Shown here: positions 26,372 through 39,651 of the stretch, piece by piece
Layout of the letters: each line of letters begins with the position of its first letter
How positions within the stretch are numbered: position 1 is the stretch's first letter
From: Octopus vulgaris
Taxonomy: Eukaryota
NCBI GenBank assembly: GCA_951406725.2
Contig: OX597832.1
Coordinates: forward strand, 70,990,001-71,054,000
Direction: 5' to 3'
DNA length: 64,000 nucleotides
Program-made: the position numbers and the translations under genes
The notes under the pieces: model-generated
The model's database searches: none
What the model saw: only the letters and a program-made list of their open reading frames with translations
What the model was told of the DNA's origin: nothing

Positions 26372-27793
26372 TTGAAGGTTTACGATTCGAGTTATTTGCT
26401 TACTACGTCACCGGTATTGAGACATTTGAGAAAATGGTAAATACGCACTGCGTCATCCATATTTAGTTGCTCCAGAAATTCTTGGTGAGGAATGCGCGTG
26501 TCTGATTAAACATGTAAGTGTTAATACTAGTAGTTTTAATATTTGTGGTTTTATTCTCTTTTAAACAGTTTTATTGTCTTTTAAACAGTTTTATTAACTT
26601 TAAACATAGCCAGGTTTATAACATTAGTTTGTTACATGTACTTTTATTAGTTCCTATTTTTTATTAGTTCCTATTTAATGAAATTTAAGTGTATATTATA
26701 ACTTGTAGTGGTGATATTTTAATGAGTTTGTAGTGTTTTATAATTAACTTTTCAAGGATGAAATGTATTTCACTCATAAAAATTTTAGTTAAATTAATTT
26801 CAAACGTGTTTTGTTTTGGAAAAATCTTTATTAGATTTGAACTTTCAGTATAATATTATCTATGGAAGACCGGTGAGATTATTATTTATATGGACTTAAA
26901 GATGGATCACAATTTAGCATATAATTTAGTTATTGCAGTTTACTATTAATACCGATACAATGTGCATTGGTTTAAATGTCTCTTGTAGTTTTAGTAAGGT
27001 TAGTGTTTGATCCTGCCTATAAATTGATTGATTGAAATAATGTGGTTATTAAGCTTTTATGGAAACACTTCCACCCTTTCAGCCCCCACTATTTTCTCTC
27101 AAATTTGTGGAGGAGGACGGGCGGAAGTCTTGCCGCTTTTATTTTAATATTACACTACGGAAGATGGTAGGGATTATAATTTTTGTATGACTTAATAGAG
27201 TTATCGCTTTATTCAAGGACAGGTTGTAATTTATTTATGGAATATATTTATCAATACGGTTGTACATTGGGTAAATGTGTTCTAAAATTGTGGTTTCTTT
27301 GTCTCTTCCCAAACAACACTTCTTTTAGTGCTGTTGGCACCGCCGGATTGAATGGTACTGCCCAGGTGTGGAAACCACAATGATATCTGTGGGGCAGCTG
27401 ATGATGGAGCTATGTTGGATTGTTGGTATGACTGTTTTTGTATATGTTAATTAGTATTATTGAATTGTTGGCATATATTGATATGTGTGTGTGTGTGTTT
27501 TCGTTCGGTTTCCTTGTATGTCTCCACTGTCATGCTTTTGTTCCCAGCTTTGACCCTCCATAAATCCTAAATTTTCTTTTAGAATTTATGGGAGCAACTG
27601 TCTTTGAAGACTCATATTGTCGCTGAACGCTCGAAATGAGGAGTAGCTAGACAGCTGACAACTGATGAAGGGTCCTCTCTCTGTGTTTACTTGTTCTGTT
27701 TTCCAGTTTTTACATGTTGTTTACTTGTTTTTTACTCGTTTGTTTACGGATTTCATGTTATTTGCACCGTTGCTGATGTCCTGTAACCATATA

Positions 27794-27795
<2 letters not shown>
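26372..27795. mobile_element. AT-rich unclassified repeat, possibly a degraded PLE
   Basis: Bounded by (AT)n. The T-rich end at 27590-27790 resembles the other PLE termini and has only a degenerate HHR-like trace. Confidence 0.3.
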
Positions 27796-27835
<40 letters not shown>

Positions 27836-27855
27836 TATTTACTATTTATTATATG

Positions 27856-27904
<49 letters not shown>

Positions 27905-28014
27905 TAAAATGAGAGAGAAAGTTCTTGGTACAGCATTATATATATCTGAAAGAATGAATAGAGATGGCTTTTTTGAGGGGATAATTTTTATTTTTATTTT
28001 AATAATAATTTTTA

Positions 28015-29170
28015 CAGCGATTTCTGTAGTGGACGGATGGCACAGGGGCCGAGCCTCGGATGAATTTTAAAGATGTTACCTACATCATTTGGGCAATGTT
28101 GATGGAATATTTTCCCCATCATACTAATGATATAGTACTCACGGTGGCGCTGGAGGGAGTAAAGCCTGAGCTTTTTGAGTTGATCCCAATAGTCAAGGCT
28201 TGTCATATTATCTATTTTTTGTGTTATTGATCTCTGGGGAGTTTCAATTTTCATAATATTCTGTATTATGTGGGGGTGACCACCGTAGACAACAGTATTC
28301 AAGGTGGGGTGAGCAAAAGTTGAGAAAAGCAGGATAATGGTAGGGGAGTTTCTAGACTGGAAAGTCCTGTGGATCCAGAAGCATGCTCTGCGAGTCATGT
28401 CAACTTTGCTGTTTATGTGAGCACTCCAGCGTATTTCGTTGTCAACAATAACACCCAGGCCTCTAGCAGTGCTGGATGCTACGAGGGTTTCGCCCGAGGG
28501 AAGAGTGTATGGTTGTTGGAATGCAGTCTCTTAACCAAAGTGGATTAGGTTGAAGTTTCTTTCGTTTAGCTGTATTTTATGTTGCTCTTCAACCCTGTCA
28601 ACAACCTTCAGTAACTTAGTCATTCGCAAAAAATATGCATGCTACTGGGTTTGATGATGTCAGTGATATCGTTAATATAAATTATGAATAGGAGCGGACC
28701 CAATACAGTGCCTTGTGGGACTCCACTTGTAACCCTGGCTGAGGTCGATGAGACACTATCAATCCCTTTTTTCAGTTCTGCTCATCAAAAAAACATTTAA
28801 TCCAAGTTAACAGTTTTCCTCAGACTCCGATGTTGGACAGATTCTTTAACAGGATTCAGTGATCAACCCTGTCAAAAGCTTTGCTGAAGTCACAATATAT
28901 GACATCTGCATTGGAGTCCTCTCTCGTGGCCTTTAAGAGGTCATTGAAATGTAAGAGCTGTGTTAAGCAGTCCCTTCCATTGCAGAAGCGGTGTTAGCTG
29001 GGAATAATCAGGCTGTTTGATTCCAAGAAGTGAATTACTTGAAATCTCAATTTAATGATATGAGAGGTAAGTGAGATCGGTCACACCGGTTCATAGCGAG
29101 CGATTGTTTTCCTTTCTTGAAAACTGGGGTAATCACCTGGGAAAGGAAATTTTCAGGGATATAGCTCACA
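28015..29170 (-). mobile_element. CR1-group LINE fragment (related to 24713-26183)
   Basis: [73 protein letters not shown]. Confidence 0.85.
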
Positions 29171-29258
29171 TAATATTTCCCTCCAGTTCTATTCCTGATC
29201 TTCTACTGTAACCTCAGGCCGACCTAACTTTGTGAGTGGATTTGGTAAAGGAAAACTG

Positions 29259-29740
29259 AAAGAAGCCCGTCGGATATGTGTGTGTCTTTGTTTATTCCCA
29301 CCACTATCGCTCGACAGCTGATGGTGTATTTATGTCCCCGTAATTTAGCAGTTCAACAAAAGAGAATCAATAGAATAAGCACTAGGCTTACAAAGAATAA
29401 GTCCGGGGTCGATTTGTTCGACTAAAGGCGGTGCTCCAGCATGGCCGCATTCAAATGACTGAAAAAGGAATAAAAGGATATATATATATAGTGGTGGGAA
29501 TAAACATATATATATCCTTTTATTCTTTTTTCAGTCATTTGACTGCGGCCATGCTGGAGCACCGCCTTTAGTCGAACAAATAGACCCCCAGGACTTATTC
29601 TTTGTAAGCCTAGTGCTTATTCTATTGATTCTCTTTTGTTGAACTGCTAAATTACGGGGACATAAATACACCATCAGCTGTCGAGCGATAGTGGTGGGAA
29701 TAAACACAGACACACACACACATATCCGACGGGCTTCTTT
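29259..29740. repeat. Fold-back (inverted) duplication of a SINE-A 3' part
   Basis: Arms 29259-29490 and 29506-29740 are near-perfect reverse complements, with a 15-nt spacer. Confidence 0.92.
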
Positions 29741-30323
29741 ATATCAAAGTTGACTACAGGCCATCAGTGTCACTTGGGCTCACCCCAGATTTTGCATAAG
29801 ACACATGATGCCTTCTCGAAGAATTTCACGTTTTTCCGCTTCATTTCTCACCCCAAATGGCTTATTATTTTTTTATATCTATCACTATGTCTTTCTCTAT
29901 TTCTAAGTTAAGGGTAAAAATAAAGCAATCCTGCAAAACACAACTGAACTAAACACACAGACACAGAAAATAACACCAATCAAAGAAACATCAGTGGAGT
30001 GCACAACAAACATCAGCAATCTGACTGTCGCCTGTTCTCCTGACAAGTGATGTCAGTTAGTCTTTTACCAGGCTTGTTCATATTAGTCTGAGTTGCTGGA
30101 TAATTTTTCGTCAGTTTCAGAATATTGTAGATCGGTAACTTTTCATAGATTGGAATTTCAGTCCTAATCGCTATGGAATTTTTTTTTTTTTTTATTATTA
30201 CAAGAAAACATTGAATTTGAATTACTTTCAATTTTTACAATTATGGATAACAACTCAGGCTGTCACTCCTGAGCCCGAGTCAGACATGTGTGAACGATGT
30301 CGTGAGAATGTCTGCTATGAACA

Positions 30324-30541
30324 ATATTTTTTGACACAGAGCGCCTCTAAGACGGCCTCCAGACGCTGAACGAAAATAAATGAACTGTGACCAGGCTCAA
30401 TAAAAGGAGCCCAAGTTATTGGCTACAATTAGATACTTGAAGTCAATGTTGGCAGAAATTAAATCTGCTTGCAAACACACTCTCACTTTACTAAATTTAA
30501 ACTCGGGCTAACTCCGAACAGGCCAAGTACGGGAGTCGTCA

Positions 30542-30585
<44 letters not shown>

Positions 30586-30818
30586 TATATATATATAAGT
30601 GACGACTCCCGTACTTGGGCTGTTCGGAGTTAGCCCGAGTTTAAATTTAGTAAAGTGAGAGTGTGTTTGCAAGCAGATTTAATTTCTGCCAACATTGACT
30701 TCAAGTATCTAATTGTAGCCAATAACTTGGGCTCCTTTTATTGAGCCTGGTCACAGTTCATTTATTTTCGTTCAGCGTCTGGAGGCCGTCTTAGAGGCGC
30801 TCTGTGTCAAAAAAATAT
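30324..30818. repeat. About 220-bp near-perfect inverted duplication with (AT)n spacer
   Basis: Arms 30324-30543 and 30598-30818. I see one substitution and one 1-nt homopolymer indel. Confidence 0.95.
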
Positions 30819-31016
30819 AAATGGATGAATGAATTATCCTTTGTTTACAGTTAACATGGAAAATTCAATAAACAGTTACCAGGGTAGCAAAATTCACTCA
30901 AGTAACAAGAATGTAGTGACCTATTCAAAGGTAGAAACTCCGGGCTAATGTGCAGTAATTTGTATAGTATAAGTAAATAAATGGAGTTGAACGCAGGTTT
31001 TATTCAAATTTTTTTA

Positions 31017-31102
31017 CTTTCGACATATGTTTCGAAGACAACATTGGTTTTACTCCAAAGGAATAAACGGTGTAAAATAATGTAATCTTCTCATCAGGAA
31101 AG
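31017..31102 (-). ncRNA. Type I hammerhead ribozyme (canonical)
   Basis: CUUUC-CUGAUGA-GAAGA...UCUUC-GAAA-CAUAUG-UC-GAAAG. Confidence 0.9.
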
Positions 31103-31833
31103 AAAGAGAACCAATCTCAATAACAAGACATTATAACAATCTTGATGACTGCATAATTGATAAACAGAACGCTATTAAGTATTTTTTTAAAAACCGTTAG
31201 TAGATCTGACGTCAAAGGCAGACCCTAGGAAGAGAAGGGGTAAAGAAATAATAAGTAGAGAACAAATAAAGAGGGATATATTGGTTGAAAAAATGTTCAT
31301 AGGCTTGGAAGTAGATTTCTCTATTGAAGTAAAGTGCAAGGTGAACTAAATGTTCAAACTATACAGATCGGTATAAATCACTTATATGAGCTAAAGGTAT
31401 GTTTCTGCCAGTGTTTACATTTGTAAGATCGCCCTATAAGTGTGTTAATAGGGTTATTCTTAGAGAAGAGAATATGGAAGAGTGCAGAGTTGCAAATGTT
31501 ATAAAATCCTTTGCCCATGTCATAAGGGAAAGAGATGGACAGGATGAACCAATCTAACTTAAAATCCTTATTGTTGTCTTTAAGATACCAAACCAATTTA
31601 CTTAGCCCTGTGCTATAACGTTTACTGCTATCCCTAAATGAAGAATAATGATTGGAAATTCTCTTTGATAACTGGGAAGAGAACGCGCTATTATAGAAAT
31701 AGACATCGGTACCGCAAGAAAGTTTACGTTGGTAAATAGAATTCTTAATCTTAGAATTATTAGGCATAAATGTAATTCTGTTGGGGTTGTCCTCAGAGAC
31801 CAAAACTATGTTGATGTTGTTGTTATTATTATT

Positions 31834-31865
<32 letters not shown>

Positions 31866-31870
31866 TATTA

Positions 31871-31935
<65 letters not shown>

Positions 31936-31938
<3 letters not shown>

Positions 31939-32191
31939 TAGTTTTATTTTTATAGCGTGCTTTCACTTCGCTACCGAGCGCAGATCTGTGTGCCTTGGGT
32001 ATGTGCTGTGATTTGTTGTGATGCTCTGATGGTTATTGTATGGAAAGTGTTCTGCGTAGGATGTGTGCAGTGCCTAGTAGTGCAATTTTCTGTATGTTAT
32101 ATGTGTTTGTAAGTCCTGGTGTTTTTGTTATGTATTTGTCTGAATATTTTTTTATCATGCCTAATGCACCTACTATGATAGGAATTGTTTC
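31936..32191 (-). mobile_element. R4/Dong-type LINE 3' fragment inserted in (TAA)n
   Basis: Reverse complement of about 48465-48720 (TIPIIVGALGMIKK..QKIALLGTAHILRRTL plus 3' UTR). (ATT)n on both sides. Confidence 0.92.
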
Positions 32192-32702
32192 ATTATTATT
32201 ATTATTATTATTTGAAGGGCTGGTATTAGCAAAATTAATGTTAGAACTCTCAGAAAATGAACTTTTATTTAGCAGATTGGTATTATGAGAAGATATAATT
32301 TGTGAAAGATTCTTTGTGTTGGAGAAGGCAACTCTATAAAAATAGATAATTAATAATTGAATAATATCTAGAGCGATCTTACAAATGTAAGCACTGGCAG
32401 AAACATACCTTTAGCTCATATGAGTGATTTATACCAGTCTGTATAGTTTGAACATTTAGTTCACCTTGCACTTAACTTCAATAAAGAAATCTACGTCCAA
32501 GCTTTGGATATTTTTTCAACCAATATATCCCTCTTTATTTGTTCTCTACTTATTATTTCTTTACCCCTTCTCTTCCTGGGGTCTGCCTTTGACGTCAGAT
32601 CTACTAACGACTTTTTAAAAAAATACTTAATAACGTTCTGTTTATCATTTATGCAGTCATCAAAATTGTTATAATGTCTTGTTGTTGAGATGGGTTCTCT
32701 TT

Positions 32703-32788
32703 CTTTCCTGATGTGAAGATTGCATTATTTTACACCGTTTATTACTTTGGAATAAAACCTATGTTGTCTTCGAAACATATGTCTAAAG
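32703..32788 (+). ncRNA. Mutated hammerhead copy in the inverted pseudo-LTR
   Basis: Copy of 31017-31102 with CUGAUGU (A9U) and a stem I mismatch. Confidence 0.7.
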
Positions 32789-32837
32789 TAAAAGAATTTG
32801 AATAACTACCTGCGTTCAACTCCATTTATTTACTTAA

Positions 32838-32892
32838 GTTAGACATGGCCTGGACCAATCTTTGGTCGAAACATATCTAAGTTATCTAACTT
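32838..32892 (+). mobile_element. Extreme 3' tip of the CR1-group LINE
   Basis: ttagacatggcctggaccaatctttggtcgaaacatatctaagtt nearly matches 26138-26182. Confidence 0.8.
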
Positions 32893-33183
32893 AGTAAAGA
32901 TTAGTAAAGATTATTATATCAGACTATGGATAATTAAATTATAACAGTTATTATAGTCGACTCTGCATTGTTGTTCCATTCAAGACACATTATATGTTTA
33001 TATATATATATATATATATGGGAAAAACTATTTTCCAATATAATGTGGCAGTCCTTGTTAGGACGATTGTTATTGTTATTTAACCCTAGGAAACATTGTC
33101 TCCAGCTGGCTATATGGCAACTATCTGAGTCCTTATATTTTCAAACAAGGAAGTTTAGCGTCCTCACTCAGCTCAAAGCATTA

Positions 33184-33230
33184 TCTGCATACCAATGGTT
33201 TCTGGGTTATTTTCTCTTCATCAGCACAGA
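33184..33230 (-). ncRNA. Minimal type I hammerhead motif
   Basis: UCUGUG-CUGAUGA-A-GAG-aaaauaa-CCC-A-GAAA-CCAUUGG-UA-UGCAGA. Stem II is weakened. Lies in repeat 33020-33240, whose tail recurs at 47725-47833. Confidence 0.7.
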
Positions 33231-33249
33231 ATAATATGTGCGTGTACAC

Positions 33250-33290
<41 letters not shown>

Positions 33291-33429
33291 TCCTACTTAA
33301 TGTAGTTGTATTACAGGAGTGCCATTATACTGCAGTATAATGAGAAAGTTTCTCATATAGGTGTGGGGTATATAAAAGCCAATGAAGACTGCCATGCACT
33401 CGTGACATTTTTTGTCTACTATCCATATT

Positions 33430-33700
33430 TGTGTGTGGTAAGAAGCTTGCTTCTCAGCCACATGGTTCCAGGTTCAGTCCCACTGCATAGCACCTTGGGT
33501 AAGTGTCTTCTACTTATAGTCTCGGGCCGATCAAAGCCTTGTGATTGGAGAATTTCATTGTGTATACATATGTGTGTGTGTGACAAGTGCTGGTCTGTTT
33601 GCATTTTCATAACTTAATGGCAAAAGAAACAGGTAGAATAAGTTACCAAGCTTTAAAAAAAAAGTGCTGCTGTCGATTAATTCGACTAAAAATTCTTCCT
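33430..33700 (+). mobile_element. SINE family A, diverged
   Basis: gtgtggtaagaagcttgcttc..catggttccaggttcagtcccactgc. Confidence 0.75.
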
Positions 33701-34873
33701 AGATGCAATCTAATGACAAACAATGTGTACTTGGGTTTGTAAATTGAATTTTAGTGATACACTTATCAATGTAATATTCAACCACTTTTGGTTACTTCAA
33801 TGAGCTGATTATTCAGGTGATCAAACATTCAAATAATCATCTTTAACATCTGATGGAGATTCATTCTTACACAACTTGTATATTATAGGTACACATTTGG
33901 TGGATTTTGTTACACATGAAAGTACGAAGGGTAGAACTGCATACATTTGAACTAGATTCTTCATGTGCAGTTTGGGGGTGGACAACATATTCTTTAATTC
34001 CCATCGCTTGCAAACTGTTAATTGTTTTAGGGATCTTATTTAGTCGCAAGCAGACATTAACGTTATCATGGCTCCTCACTACCATCACCATCATCATTTG
34101 AACGAAGGGAAGACCAAAGATGTCACTGTTGGGGGAAGAATGGTCTGCTGCAGAACTAAGATGGTATTCTAATTCAGTGGAGTTGACAGAAGCAATATAA
34201 AATGAAAAACCTTGCTCAAAGATACAAAGTGCTGTCCGTTCCCCACCTCCAGCGAACCCACGAGATTGGTAGTGCTTAACAACATGACTCTCACTTTATA
34301 ATCGGCTCTAAATATCCGATTCTGCGGTACATTTTATTGATAAATTCCAGAAAGTTTATTATCCATTCGGTGCATCATGTTGAGTAATTTCATTACCACG
34401 TTTACGGCAGGTATCTCTACAGTGTTGTTTTAAAGTGAGAGCAGCTGTAGACAGACACTTATTGATAGTCCAATATGTGTTATCATGTTTCCATAATTTA
34501 TCTTCAATGATATCTTTGATAGCTTTTAAAGATGAGAGTAATTGTTGTTTACTTTAACTTACGTTAAAAAAAAAACGGGTTGGTTTCTACATGTACGTAC
34601 GCGTGTATGTATACCTAGTGTATATATGTTTTTTCTATCTATGTTTATGTATATATGTGTGTGTGTTTGTGTGTATGTATGTGAGTGTTTGTTGTGAGTG
34701 AGTGTATGCATATATGCTTATATATTCACATATGTTGTATGTATATAAATTTGCATGCATGCATGTATGTATGTATACTTGTATGTACAAAGCAATTACA
34801 GAGAGGCAAAAGTTTTGAGTAGTACCTAGCAATTTAATCTCTGCTTCTCTTTTGCTAACCCTCATTGTATGCT

Positions 34874-34921
<48 letters not shown>

Positions 34922-35301
34922 GACATACATACATAAATACATGCCTGCATGCAGACATACACACGCACATGTATGTATATATACATACACAAACAAACAC
35001 ACACATGTATGTGTACATATATGTACAGACACATCCAATCTATGTATGTGTATATATAGACAGAGGGAGAGAGATGTAGATATATGGATAAATATAGATA
35101 TAACGACATAAATGTAGAGAGATACGTGTGTGCGTGTGTGTGCGTGCGCATGTTGATATATGTGTGTGTGCTTTTGTGCATCATGTTTGTGTATAAATAC
35201 TTCTATGCTTAAAGATTACATTTCTATTAACACGTAAGACTTTAAATACCATCTGCTACTAAAATAGTGCCAGACATGTATATATATATATATAAACACA
35301 C

Positions 35302-35332
<31 letters not shown>

Positions 35333-35394
35333 TGTATGCATGCATGCAGGTATGCATATATGTTTGTGTATACGCATATATATATATGTGTGTA

Positions 35395-35452
<58 letters not shown>

Positions 35453-37612
35453 TATAAATACAAATAAAATTGCAAATTCATAAAGATATGCACATACACA
35501 CACATACAGAGAGAGACATGCGCATATACACACACACATACATAAATTAATACCCATCACAATTGGTTTGAAAGATGAAGACAACTTCTATATTGACAGC
35601 TAAAGTTTTTTGAACGAATTAAAATCAGCTGTACAAACACACATACACAGGAAAACAACACACACATCTACACACACACACACATCTACACACGCATTCA
35701 CGCAAGATATACGTAAACATTACATAACATAAAATATATATACATGTATGTGTGCGAACGTGTGTGCGAACGTGTGCATGTGTGTGTTTCCACTGACACT
35801 GAATGGCTAATTTTCTACGAAACCTTAATTTCTATAGAGAGTTAGGAGTGGTCCGTTACAGTATTAAGGACACCGAAACAGATATTCAAGTTTCGTCGAT
35901 TGTATTGAAAAATTCTGCCCTTTTTTCACTTCATCAACAAATCACAAAAAAAGCAGAAATTGTGTTAAAATGTGAGATTGTTTAAAGGTTTGAGGAATTT
36001 CAAAAGTCAAACCAAATCTCTTAGGCTTTGTGAGTGAAAGACATCATATTTGTAAAAGAACGGATGAATTTGGAATGTATGAACACGCACATGCATGCAC
36101 ACGTGCACACAAAGATATACATCTATATGTATATATCCATATACACATAATCCCGATGGGCTATATACATATATACATATACGCATAGTCCCGATAAGAG
36201 TTACTATCAAATATGTAGAAAGGAAACAATGTATGAAAGACAGAAAGGCGACAGTGTATGAAAGACTAGTCAGTTGAAGATGGAATTTTCAGTTGGCTCA
36301 CAATACATTTAAGCTCATGGGGGCACCTAATAAATATTTCACATCGTGTGTTGCAGTTTGTTATTTCTTTCTGGGGTTTTTTTTTATAATGTATATGAAT
36401 TGTGTACCCTCATTGAATGTGCAAAGCCTACATTTACATGATTCGTTGATGTACAGCTTTTTACCTTTCCAAGACAATCTATTTGACGTAATAGCAAGCA
36501 TTACGTTCCTTATTTTCCTGATGAGACTGGCTGGTGTCGTGGAATTATTTTTTTCGGTATCCTGTGCTTGTAAAAATTTTGCTTTAATTTCTCTTCGACA
36601 ATGCTTTTCTAGTGTTGGAAAGATATTCGGTAGTTGTGAAAATTTACCACCAACTGTACTAGATTTTTCCCCCCTATCTCATTGGAGGTCAATTTGGCTT
36701 CATGCACAACTAATTTTATATTGCATCCCTCATCTAAGCGATAAGCATATCTGTCTTCTTACATGAACATCTCAGTTTGTTATATCTAAGTGATCTGTTG
36801 ATGTTTGCCTTTACGTTGGAACTACAATTATAGTTGTTGAAAATTTCTCTGAATGTATTATTAACCGAGAAACGCTTAACTAAATAAGCTAAGAATTTCT
36901 TACCAAAATTAGTCTTGCTCTTTGAAGTAAGAGAGAGTGGAATCTGATTATCTTTCTTTCTTTATCCCAGGATTAGCGGAAATGAGCATTCGGAGTGAAA
37001 GTTTCCGTTCGAAATAGCTTCCATTTGATGGTTAAGAATTTTTTTTTTTTTTTTTTTTTTTTCCCCCGGAGAGCAGGTTACAATTTTTTAGATAGGACGA
37101 GAGTAAATGAAGCGATCAATTCTTTGCAGTTGTGGACTGCAACAAAACAGATCAAAAGAATCAAGAAAAACACATCTCTGAAAGGAAAACTAAACATAAA
37201 TTTATTCTCTTGCAACTTAGAGAGCAGCAAGAAAAAAGAAAAAAAAACTATCACAATGACCAGAAATAGCAACAATTGCAACAACGATGATAATAACGAT
37301 GACGACAACGATGATGATGATGATGATGACGATGACGACAACGATAATGATGATGATGCTGATGATGATAATAGAAATAATAGTAATAATAATTTTTTTA
37401 TATTTTTAATAAATGATTTGGAGAACAACAAAAGGATGATGATGATGGTGGTGGTGATGGTGACGATGACGATGATGATGATGATCACGATATTGGAGAG
37501 GAGTGACAATGCTGGTGATGATGATGATACAAACGACATTCTGACAGTTTACTAATCTCTAAATTGCTACTGTAGACCAATAAATCAATACGTTTTAGCT
37601 TTCTCGTCACTG

Positions 37613-37667
<55 letters not shown>

Positions 37668-37818
37668 AAAGGAAACGTTGTTGTTGTTGACATGGTTATT
37701 ATTATTGCTGTTATATTGTTGTTAATCTTCTAACCGAAACAGTCTCATAAATTATTGACTCTTTGTTAATCTGAAACACCACCACCAGCCCCGTAAATGA
37801 TTGAAGACAACAAAACAC

Positions 37819-37873
<55 letters not shown>

Positions 37874-39651
37874 AAGAAGAACAGAGGGGAGAAATAAAAA
37901 CAACAGGAGTTTTGCTGAGAATATTAAACAAAAACAAACAAATTTGAAGAATGGATGTAAATAACAATGTAATTAGCTGTTGACTAATAATAATAATAAA
38001 AATAACAATAACAGCAACAACGATAATAATAATAATAATAACAATAATAATAATGATAATAATAACAATAACAGCTACAACAATAATAACTAACAACAAC
38101 GATTATAGTAATGATGATGATAATAATGATAATGATAAATGATAATGTCTACGGCAAAAACAATGACTTCTGCGAAGGTGCAATAACAGCATGATCAACA
38201 ACAAAACGCCAACACAATAAAATAACAACAATAACAACAATATGACCACCAACAACGAAAATATGGGAGAATACGTAAGCAAAGCAATTAAGACGACAAA
38301 ATTCTGTGTCCAGCAATTCATTTGATGGATTTCAAGAGGAAAACTTGTAAAGGGGAGAATATATGTGCAACGATAGATTATGTAGAGCGACTATTAAACG
38401 TTTTTGAGGTTTACGTGTTAGAGCTGCTGCCGCTGCTGCTGCTGCGATTGTTGGGGATGTTATTGTTGCTACTGTAATTGCTGTTAATATTCTTATCTAA
38501 CACCAGGATTCGACTGATGCGATTATTTCATTTGCGACTTTTTCTTCTTTGTTAAAAGCATAGTCTACCTTGGACTACATTGTCCAATGCTGATTTTAAG
38601 ATGATAAGATCTAAACTGAGTGAAATCAGATTGGTGTTTGTGCTGTTGATGATGCTAATGATATTGATATCTACCATTGTTGCTAATCACAAGGTCAGAT
38701 TTGGTCAAGCAAACTTTGGTTCAAAGAATTCCAGTTGCTAAATCTTGACAATTTTATCCAACGTGGTAGGAGTAGCTTCTTGTTTCTTGTAGCTTGGGGG
38801 ATTACACTGAGGCACCTCTTTGAATCGTTCTGTCATTGTTCTGAGGGCCTCACTTCATCCCTAATCGAAAGTATTTATGACCAGAGGCATTGAAACCATG
38901 ATCTTTGTGTTTCCTTTCCTACAAGGAGAGAATGGGAGTTGGCATGAGTATTGATATGGATGACGAAGATGATTCTTTGTGGTGTTGGTAGTGATAACGT
39001 TACATGGGTAAACAATGTCTTTAGTTAAACAGTTATTATTAAAACGCCAATAAGTGAGGTTAGTAAAATTACATATGTTACTGGTTGGAGCCGAAGTAGC
39101 TATCATCATCATCATCATTCCACTCATTCTTTTTTACTGTTCTCTAATTCTTCTTCTTACATTTTCAAAGTATTTTGCCTTATTTTGTATTTTTCTTGTT
39201 GCTTAATGCCAATCCTATCGTAATCAGTTGTCATAGACATGATCATCTCACTTCTTTTATATATGTGTCGAAATTCTGATGATATTTGCTTAACGATTGG
39301 TTGAGCTTCTTAGTGTGTTTGTAGGTTTTCCCATAAATTCCATTGTTACCTCCTTTACACACACACACACACACGCCCATACCGCATTTTATTCTATTTA
39401 AGACTAGTCTTACGCGTCCCTCCTCTAAGATGGCAGTAGCGTTTGATTTGAAGATACTTTTTTTCTATTATTCACAAGTCAAGCGATGATGTACAGGTTC
39501 CTTTCTTATTGATCGTCTTCTAAATATTCTCCTTTTGCTCTCTCTGTCCTTCCTCTTCTCCTTTCCATCTTTCATCCCCCTCCCTCAACAACAAGAATCT
39601 CACCTATTTATACACAACGATAAAATATAAAACTAAAACTTTTCAAACATG

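Larger units (their letters stand above)
30820..32836 (-). mobile_element. 5'-truncated PLE (GIY-YIG end plus 3' UTR) with inverted pseudo-LTR
   Basis: Minus frame: RVAFSNTKNLSQIISSHNTNLLN, poly-N, then IYQ..KRISNHYSSF..TGLSKLVWYLK..WFIL..YKCKH. Inverted copy 32373-32836 of 30970-31432. Confidence 0.85.

Noticed and set aside
27598-27672. Possible HHR (ctgtc-tttgaaga..gacag; ctgatgaag)
   Set aside because: I could not build a consistent core with stems II and III. At best a decayed remnant.
36518-36546. CTGATGA-GAC..GTC hairpin
   Set aside because: No GAAA or stem III follows.
36952-37035. Possible host exon (pyrimidine tract plus CAG ... GTTAAG)
   Set aside because: Weak donor site and no homology or neighbouring exons. 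Needs RNA-seq.
38861-39127. NNNCLTKDIVYPCNV resembling a PLE GIY-YIG start
   Set aside because: Too short and degraded to call.
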